This document shows, in pieces, positions 57,376 to 64,000 of a DNA stretch of 64,000 bases (positions within the stretch are counted from its first letter, which is position 1; every line of letters starts with the position of its first letter). A program made the position numbers and the translations under genes. The notes below the pieces were generated by a model. The model ran no database searches. It saw only the letters and a program-made list of their open reading frames with translations, and was not told the DNA's origin. Origin of the DNA: a virus (taxonomy: Duplodnaviria; Caudoviricetes); IMG/VR virus record IMGVR_UViG_3300026035_000002, positions 1,417-65,416 of that record; one strand, written 5' to 3'.

Positions 57376-60300
57376 GTGCCCTACGATATCCGCTTCCAAA
57401 TCTCAACCCCCGGCAAGGACGACCTCGCCCAGATCCCCGGCATCGTCGAGAAGCTTTCGCAATCGACGAAGGCAAGCTCTGCCGATCTGCGGGTATTCGA
57501 GGCTGCGCTAAGGGCCGATGTCGCAGCGGGGTCGTCACTGAGCGAAGCGTTGCAGCGGATCGCCGCGACCTCAAACGGCGGGTTCGAAGGCTTGGCACGT
57601 CTCGGCAAGGAAGCCGCGGCACTGGCTGCCTCCCAGCAACAGGCGGCGCGTGGAGCGCACGACCTGGCGGCGGCGAACGAAAAGACGGCCACTTCCGCAA
57701 ATGCGGCAACTGCGGCAACTGATAAGCTCACCCAGGCGCAGCGCAATCAGGCTTCGGGGCAACGCTTCGGCGGCCGGGATTTTGCCGCTCAGCCATTCGG
57801 TTCCAACGTCCAGGCGGATGGCCGGATCCAGGAACTGGCGTATGCGGAGAATGCGCGGCGGACTCAGGCTGGCGGACGGCTTCAGGCAATCGCCGAAGCT
57901 GAAAACATAAGGCGCGCCGAGCAGGAGTTAAAGAAGGCGGAACAGGCCGCGAACGCAACATCGAGCGCGTTTCTGCGTCTCGGCCAATCGGCCGGTATTG
58001 TCGACGGACAGGTGGGCTCGCTCCTTCAAGGCACCGGTTCACTCGCGGGTGGACTCGGCGCAATCCTCAGCCCGGCAACACTGGCCGCCGGCGCAATTGT
58101 GGCGCTTGGCGTTGTGGCGGTGAAAACCGGCTTCGACCTGGTCCAGGAAGCAGGCAAGGCTGAGGAAGCGATATCAAACCTGGCCGACAGGATCGGCTTA
58201 TCGGTTGGCGAAGCGCAGAAACTCCAGGCCGCCGCACACATCGCCGGCGTGGACATCAGCGCCCTCGAGGCGGCTTCACGCCTGCTCGGGGAAGCGCTCG
58301 AAAATCCCACCACCACCGGCAAGAAAGCGGCCGACGCCCTGCACAAGCTGGGCATCGAAACCATCGGCTTGAAGGGTGGGCTCAAAGAAACAGGGCCGAT
58401 CGTCCTGCAGGCTCTCAACGAGCTGTCGAAGATTCCGGAGACTGCAACCCGGCTGGCACTTGCCAACGAGACCCTCGGCCGAAGCGCCAAAGTCCTACAG
58501 CCGCTCATCAAGGATTACGAGAACCTCAAAAAAGTAGTTTCCGAGATCCACATCGGCGAAGATGTTGCCGGGACGCAGAAACTCCTCGAGGCTGACGACG
58601 CAATCGACAAGCTCGAGCTTAGCTGGGAAAAGTTCAAGCGATCGCTGGCTGTTGAGCTGTCGCCCGTCGTTATTCCTGTCATCGCCAAAATCACGGCGAT
58701 CCTGCAGAATCCTATTCTTCAGAACGTGGTGGGCGATGCCGGCACAGCGCTAGTGCATACATCGCCCGTAGCCACGGCGATTGAAGGGCTACTGAAATTC
58801 GATGAAGCCAGGACCGAGGCAGGAAAGCCGAAGCCGAAAGAATCAGTTTCGGCAGCTATCTCCTTCCCGACGAGCGGTGAGGATTTTAAGCGCCGCGACG
58901 ATCAAACGAAGGAAGCCCTGGAAGAGCAACTCCACACGGCGAAGGCGGCGGCAGCCAAACTGCGTCCGGACCTGCGCAGCGATAGCATCGACGCCGAAAC
59001 ACGCGCCAAAGAGACTGCCGAGTACAACAAGCAACAGGCAGCGATACAGCGCCTCGAAGCCTCCCTCGAATCGCTGAACAAGGCCAAACACCTTCCCGCC
59101 CAGCAGGCGCAAGAAGCCATCAATCTGCGCGCCGAAGCCGAAAAGGCGGAAGCGGGCGAACTCACCGGCCACAAGAAAATCAACGTCGAAATCGCCGCTC
59201 GCATTGAGAAGCTCCGGGAAGAGAACAAGCTCAATGCCGAAGGCCGTGAGCAGATCGAGCGGATCAGAGTAGCCCAGCATGCGCGACTCGACCAGGAACT
59301 GCAGATATCCCAGGCTCAGAATCGCCGGTCTGTCGCTGCCACGGTAATCGACCAATCGCGAAGGCTCGACAAAGCCCGGTCGTCAGGCGAGGCTGAAATC
59401 GCACTGGCGCAGGGGCGCAACCAGGGAGAGGACGAAGCCGGCATCCAGGCAGCGTTCGATGCCAAGATCCGTGAGGCGAACGCCGCGTTCCAGGACGCGT
59501 CCCGCGAAATCGCGGAACTCCGGAAACAACGCGACGAACGCCAGCAGATCAAGCCCGACCAGAAGCAGCTAGGGACAGACAATAAGGCCATCGACCAGGC
59601 GGCAATCAAGGCCGCCGGTGATGCCGCACTGGCACTCTACGAAGCCCAAAAGGCGCGCATCCTCGAATTAACCGCGCTCGACAGAAAGCGGTTCGAAGAT
59701 GCCGCATCGGCGGCGCGAAACGCCCGCCTGATCACCGACGCCACAACTCATGCCGATATTGAGGACCGCAAGTCGGAACTCTCGCGGCAATCCCGCCTGG
59801 TGGCGATCAATTCGGACAGCGGTCCCGGCGCCGAACTCGACACCCTACGGAAGCAACTCGACCTTCGCCGGCAAGCAGCGCAACTGGACCTCGACGAACG
59901 GCAGCGCAACATTAACGCGCAGCGCAAAGAACAGGAAGACCTCGGCCAGCGCTTTCCCGCACGGCAGAAAGAAGTCGAAGAGCAACTTGCCCGGCTTAGA
60001 GTGGAAGAGATCCAGTCACAGCGTGGCTTCGAGCGCGAGCTGGGCGACGAGCGGATCGAAATCGAACTGCGGATAGCCGAGATCCGAAAGAAGGGCGAGG
60101 AAGAGTACAAGCAGTTCGTTGTCGGCGTCGTCAATTCCGGACTAACCGGAGGGAGCGCCACCAGCGATTTCCTGCGGAACTTCGGGCACAAGATCTTCGA
60201 CCAGATCGTTTCTAACGTCGCCGGACTGACTTTCGACACCGTCAAAAAAGTAGCGCCGAAGATCCCCGGCCAAACCGACGCGGAGGGTAAACCGACGACG

Positions 60301-61944
60301 CTCGGCAAGGTCCTGGCCGGTACCCCGCTCGGAGACCAGGAAGGCGCGGCGAAACGCGCTCAGCAGGACCTGCTCAAAGCACAGGCGGACCATCAGAAGA
60401 GCGTCCAGGCCAACTCAACCTCGACGGACAGAAACACCCGCGCTACCGAAGACCTCAACCGGACTTTGAGCAACGCAGGCGGTGAACCCTCGAGCACCGG
60501 TACCGACCCTAATCACCGGGCAACGCTCGATGCCAACACCGAATCGAACAATGCGCTGAACGACACCATGACCCGGATTCACCGGGACAATGCCGCTCAG
60601 CAGAACGACCCGAACGACCCCACAGTCCGGCTGACGCAGTCCCTCGACCGCTTCCGCTACTTGCTCGAGAATCCTTCCATCTTCGGAGGGGCGAGCCGCA
60701 ATAACCCGTTCATCTTCCATCAGAACTCACCGGAGCGACCGGGCAGCACATTCTCAAGCCAGATCGGGCAACCGGCCAACCCGCAAGCGGGGGAAGGGAT
60801 CATTGCGCTTCCGCTCTCCGTCAATAGCTATTCGACCGACCGCAACACGGCGGCGCTGAACGTGAACACGAGCGCGCTTATCAATGCGCGGTCAACTGCG
60901 ATCGCAGCGTCCGGAGGGGGAGGCGGGGCGGTTAACGGTTCGACGTATTCGGCCATCCTCCGCTCGCTTGGTAAATCCGGAGTGGCGTCTGGATCCGAAA
61001 TAGGAAGTGCAGCGGATTCAGTGTGGTCCGAGCGCCCGTCATTGATGCGCGATTCCCCGAACTACATCGGAAATGAACCGGCTTCCGGTACCTCCGGCGG
61101 GGTACTGGACAAGCTCAGCAAAGCGCTCGGAGTCGGTAGTTCTCAGGCACCGTATTCCGGGCTGAACGGAGTTTTATCCGGACTCGGCCATACCGGAGAC
61201 TTGCAAGGCATCTTCACTGGAGTTGGAAAGGGACCGGGCGGCGTCGGGGCCCAGAATTTCACCACCTCGGAACGGATCGGCGCTGGAATCGGCACGGCCG
61301 GGGTAGTAGCAGGCGGCGTGATGGGCGCGATCGGCGGCTTCAGTAAGGGCGGCGCGAGGGGCGCGCTTCAAGGCACAGGCTCCATTCTCGGCACCGCAGC
61401 CGTTCTCGACCCGGAACCGATCAGCAAGGCCGTACTCGCGGCTGGCGCGATGGTAACCGGGATCATTTCGGCAATCTTGCCCGACCCTCATCTTGTGCGA
61501 CAGCAGGCGATCGCCCACGAACTGGCGACCAACCAATACCTTGCACCTGAAGCGCTGAATCTCTCGACAGACATGCACGGCAACTTCACGGATACCGACC
61601 AGTTCGGCAAGGTCCGCAGCTCGCCGTTCCGCTCCGCGCCGCAAGTCGTCGAACCCTACATCTATACTCACGGCTCGAATTACGTGTCGCCGGTACCGGG
61701 AAGCGTGCTCGCGCCGTTCACTCCGTCTTCACCAGCGCAGACTCAGGCTCCGACCGTCATCAACAACTACAACGGACCAGTCCACAACGCGCCGGCATAC
61801 ACCGGGAACATCAATGCGATCGACACGCAATCGATGTCCGAAGCCCTCATGAAACATAGTGATGCGGTCGGCGCGGCCAGTGCGGCAAATCTGAAGAATG
61901 GGGATTCGGAACACTCGCGGCAGATCCGGTATCTGGTCGGCTAG
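57376..61944 (+). CDS. Tape measure protein
   Basis: 1522 aa, Ala-rich helical, central hydrophobic segment, follows G/GT chaperones. Confidence 0.92.
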   Translation: MPYDIRFQISTPGKDDLAQIPGIVEKLSQSTKASSADLRVFEAALRADVAAGSSLSEALQRIAATSNGGFEGLARLGKEAAALAASQQQAARGAHDLAAANEKTATSANAATAATDKLTQAQRNQASGQRFGGRDFAAQPFGSNVQADGRIQELAYAENARRTQAGGRLQAIAEAENIRRAEQELKKAEQAANATSSAFLRLGQSAGIVDGQVGSLLQGTGSLAGGLGAILSPATLAAGAIVALGVVAVKTGFDLVQEAGKAEEAISNLADRIGLSVGEAQKLQAAAHIAGVDISALEAASRLLGEALENPTTTGKKAADALHKLGIETIGLKGGLKETGPIVLQALNELSKIPETATRLALANETLGRSAKVLQPLIKDYENLKKVVSEIHIGEDVAGTQKLLEADDAIDKLELSWEKFKRSLAVELSPVVIPVIAKITAILQNPILQNVVGDAGTALVHTSPVATAIEGLLKFDEARTEAGKPKPKESVSAAISFPTSGEDFKRRDDQTKEALEEQLHTAKAAAAKLRPDLRSDSIDAETRAKETAEYNKQQAAIQRLEASLESLNKAKHLPAQQAQEAINLRAEAEKAEAGELTGHKKINVEIAARIEKLREENKLNAEGREQIERIRVAQHARLDQELQISQAQNRRSVAATVIDQSRRLDKARSSGEAEIALAQGRNQGEDEAGIQAAFDAKIREANAAFQDASREIAELRKQRDERQQIKPDQKQLGTDNKAIDQAAIKAAGDAALALYEAQKARILELTALDRKRFEDAASAARNARLITDATTHADIEDRKSELSRQSRLVAINSDSGPGAELDTLRKQLDLRRQAAQLDLDERQRNINAQRKEQEDLGQRFPARQKEVEEQLARLRVEEIQSQRGFERELGDERIEIELRIAEIRKKGEEEYKQFVVGVVNSGLTGGSATSDFLRNFGHKIFDQIVSNVAGLTFDTVKKVAPKIPGQTDAEGKPTTLGKVLAGTPLGDQEGAAKRAQQDLLKAQADHQKSVQANSTSTDRNTRATEDLNRTLSNAGGEPSSTGTDPNHRATLDANTESNNALNDTMTRIHRDNAAQQNDPNDPTVRLTQSLDRFRYLLENPSIFGGASRNNPFIFHQNSPERPGSTFSSQIGQPANPQAGEGIIALPLSVNSYSTDRNTAALNVNTSALINARSTAIAASGGGGGAVNGSTYSAILRSLGKSGVASGSEIGSAADSVWSERPSLMRDSPNYIGNEPASGTSGGVLDKLSKALGVGSSQAPYSGLNGVLSGLGHTGDLQGIFTGVGKGPGGVGAQNFTTSERIGAGIGTAGVVAGGVMGAIGGFSKGGARGALQGTGSILGTAAVLDPEPISKAVLAAGAMVTGIISAILPDPHLVRQQAIAHELATNQYLAPEALNLSTDMHGNFTDTDQFGKVRSSPFRSAPQVVEPYIYTHGSNYVSPVPGSVLAPFTPSSPAQTQAPTVINNYNGPVHNAPAYTGNINAIDTQSMSEALMKHSDAVGAASAANLKNGDSEHSRQIRYLVG

Positions 61945-62183
61945 CGGAAGATTCTAGCGGCTTCTTTTCGGAGTTCGTCGAGGGACATGCCTTCCAGTTC
62001 CGTTCTTAATAATTCGGCCTGCTTTTCAATGTGTTCGAGGCTTATTCGCCGGTCCTCTTCTCTGTCGGTAAGGATGGGGATTCTCAATCTCATCGTCGCG
62101 AGCTTGATCTCTTTCCAGAGATTGACGATGGCATCAACGCTTTCCACTCGATCTCCATACCGGTCAAAGATTACCGCTTCCAT
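61941..62183 (-). CDS. Small antisense helical protein
   Basis: GAGGGA RBS; stop shares CTAG with the TMP stop. Confidence 0.65.
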   Translation of the reverse strand: MEAVIFDRYGDRVESVDAIVNLWKEIKLATMRLRIPILTDREEDRRISLEHIEKQAELLRTELEGMSLDELRKEAARIFR

Positions 62184-62202
62184 TCCCTCACTCTAGCCTG
62201 AA

Positions 62203-63693
62203 ATGTCTCTCGCTCTCCCCACCCTCCGCGGCACGGCACAGCAGGCGCTCTATCCGTTCAAGCGCACCATCAAGTGCTCGACCCTGGTCACGACGAACCA
62301 GGACGGCTCCCAGCAGCGCTCGATCCTTTCGAGTCCCCGGGTGCTTTTCGACCTCCCCTTCACTCGCCTCAACCCCGCCGACAAAAACAGCGTCAAAGCA
62401 TTGGCCGCCTCCGCTCTCGGGCAGAACGCCACCAACGAAACCCTGACGCTCGGCAACGTCACTTACACCAACCTTTCCCTCGATTCCGACTTGTACTCCG
62501 GCAAGGTCCGCGCTACCACGATGTGGGACTCCGGACTGAAACTGAGCCAGACGCAAGCGCAGAATTTGCGGCCAACTACGACACTGGGAGCGGATGTGCT
62601 GATCGGGGACACCTCGATCACCGTCGCATCAGTCGCCGGCTTCAATGGCTACATCACGATCGGCACGGAAACGATGCTGATCACTTGGACGCCGGATTCG
62701 ACGCACTTCACGGTATCCCGCGGGCAGCTCGGCACAACCGCCGCGACGCACACTTCGGGAGATACGGTCTCCTGGGGCCCGGCATTCGCACTTGGGGCTG
62801 CTCTTCCGGCGTTTCCCAACACCACCAGGACTCAGATTCCCTGGCAGCAAAACCAGCAATACAAGACCGAAGTGTCGAGCATGGAAGCCGGGCCGAAGTG
62901 GACTTATCCCTGGTACGGCGGCCATCTTATTGCCTTTCCAACCGAAGGCTTGCGGCAGTGGGTTATCGGGGGCGACATGCTGACCGACGCGGAAACGGCG
63001 CTGCTCGAAGCTCACTTCCTGGCGAATTGGGGCCGATTCTCTTCCTTTACATTCACCGACCCGGAAACACTCACTACTTACGAGGACGCTTATTACACGA
63101 CGGACGAGATGGTCATCGAGTACATCGAGCCGAATGTGAACCGCGTCAGCCTCACCGTCGAAGCCTATCAGCAGGGATCGGGTGCAGTCAGTGCGGTGTT
63201 AACTTGCATCACTGCCCACAACGCCGGACCCGACACGGCGGGCAACGCGTGTATCACGCTGGGATCGTTCGCAGTCCTTGGAGCGGGTACGGTCATCTTC
63301 GACCCGAGTACCTATGCCAAGCGGACCAACACCTCGAGCTGGGCTGGAACGACTTGGAGCGCGAGCATCGGCCCGCTTTACAGCAACCCGAACCCAATCG
63401 ACATGTTCGTCAACTTCTACACGTTCCAGTCGCTGGCAGGGACGAACTCACCGCCCGATGAATACCTGATTTACGACTGCTATATGGACGTCACGTTCTC
63501 GGACGGAACCACCAGCCGCTACCGGCCCACTGCGTACGTCGTCGTCCCAAATGCACACGGAACTGTGGTCAACCCGGGAAACGCGATCGACGGCGACGAT
63601 ACTACCTTCGCGCAGATCAACCAGAACTCATACACGCTTGGCGGCCTCACATTCTGCCAGTTGGTTCTCCTCAACTTCTCACTTTCGGCATAA
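62203..63693 (+). CDS. Distal-tail-like protein with two DUF2460-like domains and C-terminal extension
   Basis: YPFKRTIK.STLV....DGSQQR; second unit LEAHFLANWGRFSSFTFTDPET; directly after TMP. Confidence 0.6.
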   Translation: MSLALPTLRGTAQQALYPFKRTIKCSTLVTTNQDGSQQRSILSSPRVLFDLPFTRLNPADKNSVKALAASALGQNATNETLTLGNVTYTNLSLDSDLYSGKVRATTMWDSGLKLSQTQAQNLRPTTTLGADVLIGDTSITVASVAGFNGYITIGTETMLITWTPDSTHFTVSRGQLGTTAATHTSGDTVSWGPAFALGAALPAFPNTTRTQIPWQQNQQYKTEVSSMEAGPKWTYPWYGGHLIAFPTEGLRQWVIGGDMLTDAETALLEAHFLANWGRFSSFTFTDPETLTTYEDAYYTTDEMVIEYIEPNVNRVSLTVEAYQQGSGAVSAVLTCITAHNAGPDTAGNACITLGSFAVLGAGTVIFDPSTYAKRTNTSSWAGTTWSASIGPLYSNPNPIDMFVNFYTFQSLAGTNSPPDEYLIYDCYMDVTFSDGTTSRYRPTAYVVVPNAHGTVVNPGNAIDGDDTTFAQINQNSYTLGGLTFCQLVLLNFSLSA

Positions 63694-63718
63694 GCCAAGC
63701 CTCCTCCACTTTCTCTAA

Positions 63719-64000
63719 ATGTCGTTCACAATCCTCGGTCAGAAAGACCAGTCGAACCCGCCACGCCCGCTCATACTTGTGAGCATTGTCGCGCTCGATG
63801 GCGACACCGTTTACTATTCGACGGCTTCAGACCCCGGCGCCACTTCCGTCACTTATGGCGGAAACACGTACGAATGCCGGCTGGCAGATTCGAATATCGA
63901 TGCCATCCAGGCCATGTCGCAGGCGGGCTTCGACCAGATTCCCTCCTTCACGCTGACGATTGCGGATCCGGCCAGCACCATCTGGACCACGAAAGCCGGG
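63719..64000 (+). CDS. Tail hub/tip protein N-terminus (3' partial)
   Basis: MSFTILGQKDQSNPPRPLILVSI...YYST...VTYGGNTYECRL; open to the window end. Confidence 0.65.
   Translation, partial: MSFTILGQKDQSNPPRPLILVSIVALDGDTVYYSTASDPGATSVTYGGNTYECRLADSNIDAIQAMSQAGFDQIPSFTLTIADPASTIWTTKAG

Larger units (their letters stand above)
1..64000. mobile_element. Near-complete temperate siphovirus genome, circular/excised (attP-intact) arrangement
   Basis: Complete phage module set, tail genes at both window ends, attP flanked by phage genes on both sides, no host housekeeping genes, no tail sheath. Confidence 0.93.

Noticed and set aside
63719-64000. Direct join of last ORF to first ORF (genome exactly 64 kb)
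   Set aside because: Frames do not join across the window ends and no terminal overlap is seen; some sequence is missing

Overview
The window is almost the whole genome of one GC-rich (roughly 60% by eye) temperate siphovirus, read in circularly permuted form. No host genes are visible. It opens inside the tail-tip gene, then runs through lysis, a leftward lysogeny operon, an immunity-like switch, early/recombination genes, integrase and an intact attP (3' half of tRNA-Val-GAC). It continues through replication, about 25 small early genes, an XRE/sigma-factor switch, terminase, portal, P22-coat-type capsid, tail tube, frameshifted tail chaperones and tape measure, and ends in the next tail gene. 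The host is probably a diderm bacterium such as Acidobacteriota; this is my inference from protein style and was not tested. Most notable: (1) at least seven Sec-signal-peptide proteins built from virion-decoration/tail-fibre domains, several with paired cysteines, mostly embedded in the morphogenesis modules; (2) a tiny non-HTH basic protein in the cI position, with a 24-bp perfect palindrome inside the divergent promoter, sharing a 16-aa repeat with the DNA-binding tail of a GIY-YIG endonuclease; (3) attP lying in the middle of a co-oriented early operon; (4) three site-specific recombinases, one FimB-like with a 10-bp inverted-repeat cassette upstream; (5) a possible split sigma factor; (6) a TPR-glycosyltransferase-FkbM fusion inside the head module; (7) an Acb2/Tad1-like anti-defence gene; (8) a recurring pattern of antisense genes head-to-head with structural genes. 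Family assignments are from motif recognition only; no searches were run.
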